A stretch of DNA of 64,000 nt from a virus. The notes below the pieces were generated by a model. The model did not search any database and was not told where the DNA came from. It was given only the letters and a program-made list of their open reading frames with translations. This document shows, piece after piece, positions 30,925 through 41,675 of the stretch. Both the position numbers and the translations under genes were made by a program. Location: the IMG/VR virus record IMGVR_UViG_3300042114_000045, positions 32,001 through 96,000 of that record; one strand, written 5' to 3'. Position 1 is the stretch's first letter; every line of letters begins with the position of its first letter.

Positions 30925-30994
30925 TGTACATTTAGCTCAGTTGGTAGAGCGTCTCGCGAGGTGTCGTTGGTTCGAGTCCAACAATGTACAACCA
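30925..30994 (+). ncRNA. tRNA-like RNA lacking an anticodon loop
   Basis: Acceptor TGTACAT/ATGTACA, canonical D arm AGCTCAGTTGGTAGAGC, T arm GTTGGTTCGAGTCCAAC, ACCA; anticodon arm reduced to TCTCGCGAGG. Confidence 0.75.
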
Positions 30995-31240
30995 ACATAG
31001 GTTTATATATGCAAAGTCCCGTATGAGCTCTGGCAAAAGTATGAGTAGCTTATGATACTTCGGGTTCGCTGTAAATTCTAGATCGTCTAAAGAAACACAG
31101 TAGCATCCGTACGCTCTGGATGTGAAGCAGTGCTACAGTGCTTAATCTGTAGAAGACATCTCTATATTTTGTAATTGAATAGATGAATAGGTGTGATGGT
31201 AACGAGCACCTGTAAAATAAATATCGTGCCACCTTATATA

Positions 31241-31664
31241 TGATGGTCTGGCGAAATTGGGAAACGCTTGGGTATAGATACTCATTCTGTAGGTTCGACT
31301 CCTACTAGGAATTAATTACTCCGAATATGGTAAGTTTTCAGGTTCAACTCCTGAGTCCATCATCATTTTTATATAGCTATAGTTTAACTGGGTAAAACCG
31401 TCGACATTATGGAGGCAAGATATAGGTTCAAATCCTATTAGTTATGTCCAGAAGATAGAAAGATGCATTAGGTTGTGTAGAGTCTGCGGAAGCCAGAGTG
31501 TCTGGTAGTCGAATGCATAGGCTGACTCATTGGATTAATTCCAGGCAAGTTCGATTCTTGTCATCTTCACCAATATACGCAAGGATATAGTCACTGACAC
31601 ATATTGAAAACATAGGGCGTACAGCTACGTTCCAGAGTAAGTTTGAATCTTACACCTTGCTCCA
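31241..31664 (+). ncRNA. Tandem aberrant tRNA-like RNAs (about 31241-31365, 31373-31450, 31451-31572, 31579-31664)
   Basis: Each has a paired acceptor stem and a T arm (TTCRA or TTTGA), three end in CCA, and none has a clean anticodon arm. Confidence 0.6.
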
Positions 31665-31686
31665 AATCTAACTTAAAGGAATATAA

Positions 31687-31923
31687 ATGAAGTATCTACT
31701 TATACTAGCTATTATACTAATCCTATCTGGTTGCACAGAAAAAAAGATAGTGCATGTAGACCCAACAACAATAAAGTACCCTCAAATGCCAGAGTTAAAG
31801 ATTGTATGTGATAAACGTGGATACGCTTACTACAAACAATATGTATATACTGAAACATATATATATACTCCGATACTTAGGAACTATGATTCAACATATC
31901 AATTACTATGCAAAGATCTATAA
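31687..31923 (+). CDS. Putative lipoprotein
   Basis: Lipobox ILSGC after hydrophobic signal. Confidence 0.7.
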   Translation: MKYLLILAIILILSGCTEKKIVHVDPTTIKYPQMPELKIVCDKRGYAYYKQYVYTETYIYTPILRNYDSTYQLLCKDL

Positions 31924-31940
31924 TGACACCTTGCTCCAAT

Positions 31941-32021
31941 GTCTTTGTAGTATATCGTAATTATACCTATTTTGTCTCATAAACGAAATAGAGAACTTGG
32001 TACGTAAGCCAAGCAAAGGCT
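31941..32021 (+). ncRNA. tRNA-like RNA with 9-bp anticodon stem, CAT loop and ACGTAA T-loop
   Basis: GTCTTTG/CAAAGGC acceptor; CTATTTTGT-CTCATAA-ACGAAATAG; CTTGGT-ACGTAA-GCCAAG. Confidence 0.5.
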
Positions 32022-32112
32022 TATCAAACGTTTAGATCGTAATGGTATACCATCTTTAAACACCTTTAGTGAGTAGGTTAACTCACTTGCAAATTTAACA
32101 TAAGGAAATAAA

Positions 32113-32888
32113 ATGAACTTTACAATTGAATCATTGAAAAAATGTAAAACTATTAAAGATTGGAATAGTGTATGTGATGCTGTTAAAGCAGTAAACAACG
32201 GCAAATATCCTGAATGGTGGTACGATGAAGTAGTAACTACTGGTCTTGCTAAAGAGATGGGTTTATACTTCGAGTATGGTGATGCATTCAAACCAACTTG
32301 GATGGAAGAATTTGAACGAGGTATAGAAATTGTATCTGGTGGTGAAGCTGGTAGTTTACTACTAGCAGCGGTAGAAGCTGCAGCTGCTGGAGAGACTATT
32401 ATCTTGAACGATGACTTTAGTTATCCAATTCAAAATAACAGATTATCAAGAAGAAATATGGTGAAAATGTCGTTAGCCGTTGCAGCTAGTGATTATTTAC
32501 CAAGTTCATTTGCTGCGCACTATAAAAATCCTCTAACTGGTAGAGTATTTGGTGAAGTTGATAGAACTGTATCTCAAGAACAACAAGCTATTAAAATAGC
32601 TAAAGCTGAAGCTAAAAGGCTAAGAAAACAAAAGGTTAAATAGTGAAAACTGTAACTTCTACAACATTTATTTCAAATGATGATAAAGAATTTAAAACAA
32701 AAGAAGAATGTTTAACTTGGGAATCATTACCTCGTGTATACATTATAGTTAAAACAGATAGTTATAATGATGAAATTATTGACGTGTATACTGATTACAA
32801 AGTTGCATATGAACGACGTAAAACTTTAAGTTTACAAAATATTATGTCAAGTTGTTCATATATACTGGTTATAAAACAACTAAAATAA
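32113..32888 (+). other. Two hypothetical ORFs (32113..32643, 32643..32888)
   Basis: RBS and overlapping stop/start. Confidence 0.55.
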
Positions 32889-32899
32889 AAGGTTAGATA

Positions 32900-33489
32900 A
32901 TGGAACAAAAAAGAGAAAATTTATCACTAATAGCTGAAAACCAAAGATTAAAAATTGAATTACAGGATAATGATGTAAAATATCTAAATCTACAAAGGGT
33001 GTTTGTTGCACTAATAGTGACGTTATACATAACTATTACTATAGCCGCTGTAGCCATTATTACATCTAATAAGCAAGAAGTAGAACTTAAATCTCAAACC
33101 GAATCAATACTATATCTTACTTCAGAGCTGATTGTAACAAAACAAACATTAGCTGAAATAGATTCTGATTCAAGAATGATACAGGAGCTACAACGAGTGG
33201 GAAAGCCAATAGGGCAATAGTACTTGCTATAGCCTTTTCTGAATCATCATTTAACTATGATGTTAAACACCCTACTTCTGATTTATCGGGTATTGGTGGT
33301 ATGAAAAAAATTAACAAGGTTAAACATCCAAATTCATTAATGGGTATTGAAGAATATTGGTTAGAGTGTTTAAGATTAAAAAATGGTGATTTTCATAAAG
33401 CATTAAAACATTACAAAGGTAGTGTTAAAAATCTTAAATCGTACTATATAACATTAAGGCTGTATAACAGAATAAAGGACATTAAATGA
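32900..33489 (+). CDS. Membrane-anchored lytic transglycosylase (SLT-like) via -1 frameshift at GGGAAAG 33199-33205
   Basis: ORF 32900..33220 has a TM helix and coiled coil; the -1 frame continues ANRAIVLAIAFSESSFN...GIGGMK...GDFHKALKHYKG with no start codon upstream of the catalytic ES. Confidence 0.7.
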
Positions 33490-36400
33490 GTGTTAAGGTA
33501 AGAAGTATAATACTAGTACAACTAACATTAGATGAACTACGTCAAGTTGTTGGATCACTACAGCCTAGTTATAAAGAAGTAAAAAGTCTTGAGCACTACG
33601 GAGCCTTATGGGGCGGAATGGGTGGAGAGACTTGGAGATGGAATGATAACTTCAGTACAGCCAATAGAGATGAACTAATGGATATCAATAATAAGATAAA
33701 TGATTTTTATAAATAAAGGATACTAATGTTAGTAGCAGATTGTACTTTTTATAATCATTATGTAAAAATAGGTAATGATGATATATGTATTCAACTAGAT
33801 GAAAAACTATCAGAAGAACAACTACTGAAGTATATAACAAAATGTCTAGTAGGTTTCGATATAGATAAACAAAATAAGGAACTACTATTTTATAGAGGTA
33901 CTAATAGATCAGGAATTATGGCATTCTGGTTTTCATTTCCAGCACAAGAAACTACATTAACGATGGATTCAAATAACAATGAGTTATCGAATGAGTTCTA
34001 TAGGATATATAACCTATGGAAAGCACAACAACAATAAGGAATGGCTATGTTTAGAAACGCAAAAAAAGGCGACAAAGTATGGAGTATAAAATTCGGATGG
34101 GGAACTATCGCACAAATAATCAAACCTTCTGAGTGCCCAATAGGAGTAGACTTTAAAGACTCTTGTAGACTATGGTACTGCACAGACGGTAGGTACTCAC
34201 AAGATGATATTTTACCATCTATATTCTGGAATGAATTTACAATACCAGATGAAGCATTTAAAAAACCATTACCTAATATTGAAGTGGATACAAAAGTATT
34301 AGTCTGGTATGTAAATAATGGTTCTATATCAAATAAACAACGTATGCATTTTAGTGGATTTACAGAAGATGGTAAAATAATGGTATATCAAGATGGTAGA
34401 ACGTCGTTCTCATCGGCAAAATGGTTACCATCTGGTAAACCTTGCCTACAAACATTTGATGACTACGAAATATATAAGGAAGAATAGATGAAAAGTTTAT
34501 TAGACCCTATAGCAATTTTTTTCACTTTAACACTTTTTATAATGGTATTATTTTACTTGGGTGTAGTAGTTGTGTTAGGAGTTATATCGTTTTTACGGTT
34601 TGATCTAATTCCATTTGATTTATTCCAAGAAAACTTTTGGGAAGCAATACGCGGTATAGCTGTTATATTAGCAGTACTAGCAATATGTGTTATGGATGAT
34701 GAAAAATGACAGTAAATACATCAATAGCAATTAAAATACTTGAAGCATCACGTTGTTTATCAGATGAAGGAAACTATCAAACTACATTAACAGATGCTAT
34801 TCAAGAAGTACAAGCTTTATATCTAGCTAGAGATTACCTTGAAGCTCAGCTTGAAGCCTTAAAAATATTTACACATAAACCTGAAACCAAAGTATTGAGA
34901 ATAACATCTACTAGTGTTGAGACTGCACAACTAAACGGGAGCTCTGATGAAAATCAAATATAAAAATAAGCATTATTGTATTAGCCCTTGTGCTAAAGAT
35001 AAATTTGAAACCTATATACTAGAACCAGTAACGGCAATTATTTTTGTTGAGTCAATAATTACTGTTTTATACATAGCACTGTCTATACTTGGATTCTTCG
35101 TTGAAGGCGTACTAGTTACTTTCTTTCACGAAAGAGCAGGTATAGAAACAGGTATATGGTTTGTGTTTGGTCTAGGTTTAGTAGTAGCAATACTACTAAC
35201 AGTTGGAATAATACTGATGATAAAAGATTGGTTTAAAAGATTATATCAGTATGTTCAATATAGAGTATCCGCAGAGTATACTAAAAGATACAAACCAGAG
35301 TGTAAATTATTTATCGAATGTAAAGAATAATTATGGAAGCCCACGTAGATAATAGAAGATTAGTATTTACAAATCTTAACATATTGCATGCTGAGTTACT
35401 TGATGTGCATCAGCATATCATTTTTACAGCTGCACAAGAAGTAAAAAATCATTCTAAAAAGTTTAATAGTGATTTGATTGCAATTGGATTTCCATCATTT
35501 GTTTTAATGATTACTGATAATATAGTAGCTTATTCAATACATCACTTTAAAAAAATTTGTGAAAATCAAACATGTGTGCTCATTAGCCATACTGATTTCT
35601 TTAAAGATATGTCTATTAAAAAAGTAGACTATGAAAGAAGGTTAAATGCGTATAGGCGTAAGTACTATAAAAAATAAGGAATATCTATGGCTGAAATACT
35701 AGAGCAAAATGCTATAGATAAGCTACTGAAGTTAAATGAAGAACTTGAAGCGAAGAAAGCTATAGCGGATAGTGCAAAAGAAAAAATTAGGGAAATGTAT
35801 ATAGACACTTGTGGATATAGGTGTTTTGAAGATATGGATACACTAGTCTCGATAGGTTCAGTTATAAAAGACATAGCTGAACTAATACATAGAGATAGTA
35901 TATATTTTCCTAGCTTTATGATGTTAAAACAATCATACGAAAATAAAATATTAAAGGTTTAAAATGGATATGTATGTACAGACATGTAGTGTATGCGGAA
36001 AAGATTATGATATTGAATTTGGCGGATGTGATTGTAAAAGCAAAAAAGAAAGAACAGTGTATCAGTTAATTATTAAAGAGAGAGATGACTACTTCTACTA
36101 TCATAATACTTTAATTTGTAAGATATTAAGCATTGACGAAAGTGACACAAAAACTACGGAACACATAACTATAGTCAACGGAACAGAAACTAGAAGAACT
36201 ACCTTAACAGAAACTATGGTTAACGGTAAGTACACTAGCATACCAAATAGTGATGGAGTATTTGATTCATTAGAATCATTAAAAGAACATTTAGAAAAAG
36301 AGTATACATTAGTACATACTGATAAGTATCATCATTATTTTTTAGATACACACGAAGGTATGGATACAGTATTTGTAATAACAAACATAAAAGGTCAAAC

Positions 36401-39400
36401 AGGAATTGGTATTTGTTCTGATCATATCAATCTACAAGATTTACTAGGTTTAGATGAAAATGGACAGAAACAAGAAACACTATAAAGGTAATTTATGTCA
36501 ACACAAGAAGAAATCTTAATTAAGCAACAATCAGAATGTATGGCTAAGCAAGCAATGCAAATTGAAGTTCTAACCGAATTACTTGAAGGTGCAACAAGAA
36601 GAGCCAGTATGAACCTTGACAGTTCTCGAAAATGGAAAGAGAAGTATGAACAGCTAGAAGCAAAAGTAAAATACTGTAAGGAACAGCTATGACTATATTG
36701 TTTACAAGTACTGCACAACCAGTTGGTGACTTTCAAGTTGAAAAATTCTATGAAGAAAATAAAAACAAAAGAGTTATTAGAATTCAGAATGAACTAGTAC
36801 TACACAGGTTTAGGTTAGGTGTAGTTCAGAAAGAGATACAGCCATTCAAACTGGTAACTCAGTACGAAAACGGTAAAATTTTCATGTGTGAAAGATGTGA
36901 TAGTAATGGCAACTTTTGTAAATCTTGGGCTTTTAAACCGTTTGATAAAATGATGGACATTATAATGGAATTAATGTAACTGAGTTTCTCAGAATATGCA
37001 AAGAATAAAACTTAAGGAAATAAAATGAAAAAAATGTTAATAAGATTTACTGCAAATTGGGCAGATGAAATGGATGTTGAAGGGTTATTCCTTATAACAC
37101 AAGAAGATTGGGAAGCTTTCAAAAAAATGGCTAAAGATCATTTTGAAAAAAGTAGTGAGGTAATTTACTCAGTAGGTTCAAATCAAGATATTGAGTTCGA
37201 TTCGTATGAAGACTTGATGGACAGCTACGAAATCATCTCAGCAGATATTACTGCAGATGGTATTGGCATCTTAAATGTTGTAAATTTTCTACCGATCGGT
37301 TATACTGGTCCAGAAGACTATAACTTCGAATCAGAGGATGAGGATGAAGAAGAAGAAGATGAGGATGACAACTAAATGAACTTTATATCATTTAAAGGTA
37401 TAACTCACAGCAGTAACTACATTATCGCTTTATTACTAGCCGTAGCTACTATATTAGGTGTTATTACCGCAATACCGGTTTGCTACGCATTTATGGTATG
37501 GGAGCCAGTTAGTTTCATTTCATTACGAGGCTTTATACTATCTATCATTATAATATTAATAGCTGGTGCAATACACAATAGGTCAGATGAAAAAAACTAA
37601 AGTAAAGATGAGCTTAGTAGCTGCAGTTGCACTTATAGGTATGGTATATTCTCCTTACAGTGTATCAACAACGAATGTAAAACAAACATTAAAGGATTTA
37701 AAAAATGAAATTTACAAATAAAAAAGTAGTCGGTATGAGCGATTTTAATGACTTAGTAAGAACTACTTACGGAAAACCTTATCACATTCAACAACAAGAT
37801 GGTTGTAAGCCTAGGAGAATGGAATACTTCTCTGTACCTGTAGAATATCCAGAAGATTACGAAAATGATACAGTACCAGAAATAGTAAATCATTCAGAAA
37901 TGGGAGTATCATTCAAAGCTTGGCTTGAAAGAGATCCGAAACAAAAATTACCAAATCGTGAAGATGATTTTGGTTTACATTTATGGTGGGAAAGAAACTT
38001 CTACCCTACTTTAGATATGGTAATACAAGATCTACACAGTAAAGGTTTGATAGAACCTGGTGAATACGCAATCGATATTGATTGGTAGCATAACAACAAA
38101 ATAAAGGTAAAAATATGACAATAGAAGAAATTAAAGACCACGAAAAAAGATGTAAAAGTCTTGGTATAAAATCAGCATTACAAGAAATCGAAGATAAAAA
38201 AATAGATACTGGTGTAGGTCAAATGAAAGTTAATCTTCCAGATTCAATTGCAAAATTTGAAACAGGTAATGGAGAAGGAATTTGGGCTAAACCATATACT
38301 GAAAATGATGCTAAAATCTACAATGCAGGTACTTTAAATCTTCCATTTGAAGTAGTATTATTAAATCATGCTATTTCATACCCATTTCCATGGGGTTCAG
38401 TAGTAACTGTTAGAAACATTACAAAAGATGGTAGACCAGTACTAGATAAAGAATGGATAAGTAATATCATTTCTACAGCTACTGATGGTCAACAAACACT
38501 AGAAAAAATACTAGGGGAATAAGTATGGAAAAAGTAACGTGTCATATGTGTGGTAAAGTACAACGGAAAGTACTTATAAAAACAGATAGTGGTTCGTTAT
38601 TTGGTACTATGGATCAATACCATATGACTTGTAAAAAATGTAACAAAACAGTACTATCTTTCTCATTACCAAAACAAAAAGGATAACTATGACACCATTA
38701 CTACACCAAATGTGGAAAGATTTATACAATATTAGATTTAATGTTCTTATCAGAACTAATGAAAATGTCAACTCAAGAAGAGCAAAAAGATGCAACTAAC
38801 TCAAACTTAGTAGCTATTATGATAGACAAAAATAGTAAATACATAGGATATTTTTACGCTAACACTGATGCTGAAGTAAAAGAAATTGCTGCTAAACCAG
38901 AAAATGAAGGTAACAAAATCTGTGTATTCGAATACAAAACAACTTTCTCTCAAAAACCAAGAAGAGTAATTGAAGTAGGAAGAGACTAAAGATAGGCTAT
39001 TTGCCTATCTAAACTAACATAAGGAAAACAAAAATGAAATTAAGAACATTTACCGACCTAAGAGGTCAAGACGTAGTTTTAACTAGCACAACTAACCCAA
39101 GATTCAAATATCTTGAAGAACAACCAATGAAAATATGGTATAGAGGTGAAGTAGTAGAAGCTCTTTTAAGAGGATTATCAAACTTTCATACATCGTATGT
39201 TAAATCTATGGTAATAAGAAATGGATTACTTGAAGTAACTACAAGAAATAGTGTGTATATATTCGAGTTCAACGATAAAGACTTATGGGAAGACTCAGAA
39301 GTTATTACAGAAAATAGAGAAGAATTAGAAAAAGAAATTGTAGAAACTGAAACAAAATTCGTAACAAGAAGTCAAGGAACATTTAGCAAAAAGTACAACA

Positions 39401-39501
39401 ATAATGATGCTAGCTGTAGTGCACCAGCATTTACGGCAGGTGGATATTCATTTGAAGATAACTCTGGGTATGATTCAGGATCTAGTAGTGGAGGAGAGTA
39501 A
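33486..39501 (+). other. Dense array of small hypothetical ORFs (host-takeover-type region)
   Basis: About 18 tightly packed plus-strand ORFs of 60-175 aa with AAGG RBSs; no confident families. Confidence 0.6.
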
Positions 39502-39986
39502 TGGAATTAGTACAAACAACTGAAGAATCGGAATTAGTAGGTCTAATTAAAAAACATCAGCTACAAGCAAGAAAAGATAGAAACAAAGATAGAATAGATA
39601 TTTTAACATCATTGTTAAGTGAAATTTTAATTGTAGGTAAAAACAATGGAAACAGAGAAACAACTAATGAAGAAGCAATTAGAGTAATTAAAAAATTCAA
39701 AAATGGTGTTGAGTTAAGTATCGAGTCATTACAAGGGTCTCATAACTATGAAAACTGTACAGAAAGAATTGAAGATTTAAGAAATGAATTAGCAATTTAT
39801 GATACATTTTTACCTAGACAAATGTCAGAAGAAGATCTACGGACTCTTCTGAACGTATGGAAAGAGACTAACTATGTCGATAGTCCTACGATCGGTGGTT
39901 ATATGTCAGCACTAAAAAGAGTATACGATGGCTTCTACGATGGTAAAATGGCATCAAGAGTTATACTAGAGATATTAAAGTCTTAA
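39501..39986 (+). CDS. GatB/YqeY-domain protein
   Basis: ARKDRNK..IDIL.SL.SEI...GK...TNEEAIRVIKK...E....FLPRQMSEEDL...DGK. Confidence 0.8.
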   Translation: MELVQTTEESELVGLIKKHQLQARKDRNKDRIDILTSLLSEILIVGKNNGNRETTNEEAIRVIKKFKNGVELSIESLQGSHNYENCTERIEDLRNELAIYDTFLPRQMSEEDLRTLLNVWKETNYVDSPTIGGYMSALKRVYDGFYDGKMASRVILEILKS

Positions 39987-40147
39987 TATGCTTGAAACTT
40001 ATGATAAAACAGCTCAAGCAAAACGAAATACTGCTGAATACAAAAAAGATAGAATGATGCAAGAAGAATGGCTAAAAAAGAATAAACCAACTACTTGTAG
40101 TATAGCTCAAAATTTTAACGTACCGACAGAAATACCGGAGGTGTACG

Positions 40148-40417
40148 ATGACGATAATAGTTAATACTGCACAATGTCCTACTTGTAAAGACATACTATT
40201 TAGTAGAGCCCACCACGACTTCAGATTCTGTACTTGTGGAGAAACATTTGTAGATGGTGGATTTGAGTATGTACGAATAGGTGGTAAAGATCTTGAAGCA
40301 ATTATAACAGGAACTATGGAAATATCAGCTTCAAAAAAAGAGTTATACGATGATTGGAACTACAGTGAAAATAAATACGGATTAATAAGGGGAACAAATG
40401 AAATACCTTCTGCTTGA
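40148..40417 (+). CDS. Small zinc-finger protein common in phages
   Basis: CPTCKD.LFS...HDF..CTCG..FVDGG..Y.R. Confidence 0.65.
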   Translation: MTIIVNTAQCPTCKDILFSRAHHDFRFCTCGETFVDGGFEYVRIGGKDLEAIITGTMEISASKKELYDDWNYSENKYGLIRGTNEIPSA

Positions 40418-40637
40418 TAAAGTATTACTTAAATTAGCAATGATTACAGCTATATACGGTGCAGTACTCGTAGCTGCAGGTATCGAACAAACCTATGGGT
40501 ACATAGTGTTTAGTATATCATCAATCTTATGGATTTACCATTCAATTAGAACTGCTCAAGAAGAGCTATTTTATACAAACGTAGTGTTTCTCTTTATAAA
40601 CCTATTTGGATTGTGGGTAAGATATGATGTTAGTTGA
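40398..40637 (+). CDS. Small membrane protein
   Basis: Three hydrophobic segments. Confidence 0.55.
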   Translation: MKYLLLDKVLLKLAMITAIYGAVLVAAGIEQTYGYIVFSISSILWIYHSIRTAQEELFYTNVVFLFINLFGLWVRYDVS

Positions 40638-40955
40638 TACTATTTCAGAAAAACAAGAAGCAATAAAAATCTATGAGAAATTAATGGACGACATAGTTAT
40701 TGAAACTATTGATAACAAAATACTACGATTAATTGCTGAAGCTACAAAAGCACTAAAAGAAAATAAAGCAAAATACGGGATATTGTAAAACTTCACCCGC
40801 TATTAAAGAAAGAAAGCTTATTACAAGTCTAGAAGGACATAAAGGTAGACTATAAATTAACAAACCAAAACGTACCTGCGAAGTGTAGTAGCGGTGACCT
40901 GAGATGACCTTTGGAACGTAGACCCACTCAGTATAAAAAGGGGAAAGTTCCACGA

Positions 40956-41030
40956 AACGGGTTGATGCAGCGGCAGCAGGTAGGCCTCATAAGCCGACAG
41001 TCATGGGTTCGAGTCCCATACCCGTTACCA
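40956..41030 (+). tRNA. tRNA with CAU anticodon (Met/fMet/Ile2 not resolved)
   Basis: AACGGGT/ACCCGTT acceptor, loop CTCATAA, GTTCGAG, ACCA. Confidence 0.8.
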
Positions 41031-41039
41031 ATTTCATAT

Positions 41040-41163
41040 ACGCATATCGTCTAAGGGTAGGATATATAAAAACGTTTTCAGTTTGGCTAGAAAACGCACA
41101 GCAACTAAACAATAAAAATTTCTTTAAATGAAAAAGATGTGGGTTCGAATCCCACTATGCGTC
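41040..41163 (+). ncRNA. tRNA scaffold carrying an ACAGCAA module in place of the anticodon arm
   Basis: ACGCATA/TATGCGT acceptor, D and T arms; insert CGTTTTC..GAAAACG-C-ACAGCAA...TTTC-TTTAAAT-GAAA. Confidence 0.65.
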
Positions 41164-41182
41164 CGAGGGCAGCCACCCTCAA

Positions 41183-41281
41183 CTTAACACTATAGAAAGC
41201 TAACAGCAAACTTTAATTATAAAACAACGCTGATTTAACATCTGCTCCATATAAACAAAAATAGCTTTCTGTAGTGTTAAG
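41183..41281 (+). ncRNA. ACAGCAA-motif stem RNA
   Basis: CTTAACACTATAGAAAGCTA pairs with TAGCTTTCTGTAGTGTTAAG; ACAGCAA at 41203. Confidence 0.65.
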
Positions 41282-41492
41282 CCTAAACACTCATCTCTAA
41301 AGGTAGTAGAGTGAGCAGCGATAAGAATAAAGGTTCGCCGTAATAAGACAGGAACGATAGGCCACTTTGATTTACATAATACTATAGTTATAAGTAACTG
41401 TGTATCGCAACCACCAGGACTAGGCATCCTGGTTTACTATTTTATAGGTTATATAACATATATTATATATCGTATAAAGTAGTTAAACTACT

Positions 41493-41642
41493 AGAGAGCT
41501 AACAGCAACCCTATACGACTCAACTTTTAATTGAAACTCACATAATGCTCTCTGTCTACTGTATCACAGATAACTAACAGCATACAATTTATGACCAAAC
41601 TTTTAATTTGAACTCACAAACTAGTTATCTGTAATGCAGTAG
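41493..41642 (+). ncRNA. Two tandem ACAGCA-motif RNAs each displaying a Lys(UUU)-like anticodon stem-loop
   Basis: 41493-41553 and 41556-41642; TCAA-CTTTTAA-TTGA and CAAA-CTTTTAA-TTTG. Confidence 0.65.
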
Positions 41643-41675
41643 GCTCCTACTACAAAAAATAAAAGGAGAACAATA

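Noticed and set aside
40895-40958. Hammerhead ribozyme (CTGAGATGA...GAAA)
   Set aside because: The core does not fit CUGANGA and I could not find the required stems I and III
41040-41163. Group I or bulge-helix-bulge intron in tRNA
   Set aside because: The inserts (about 60-70 nt) are too short for group I introns, show no BHB motif, and share a motif with free-standing RNAs
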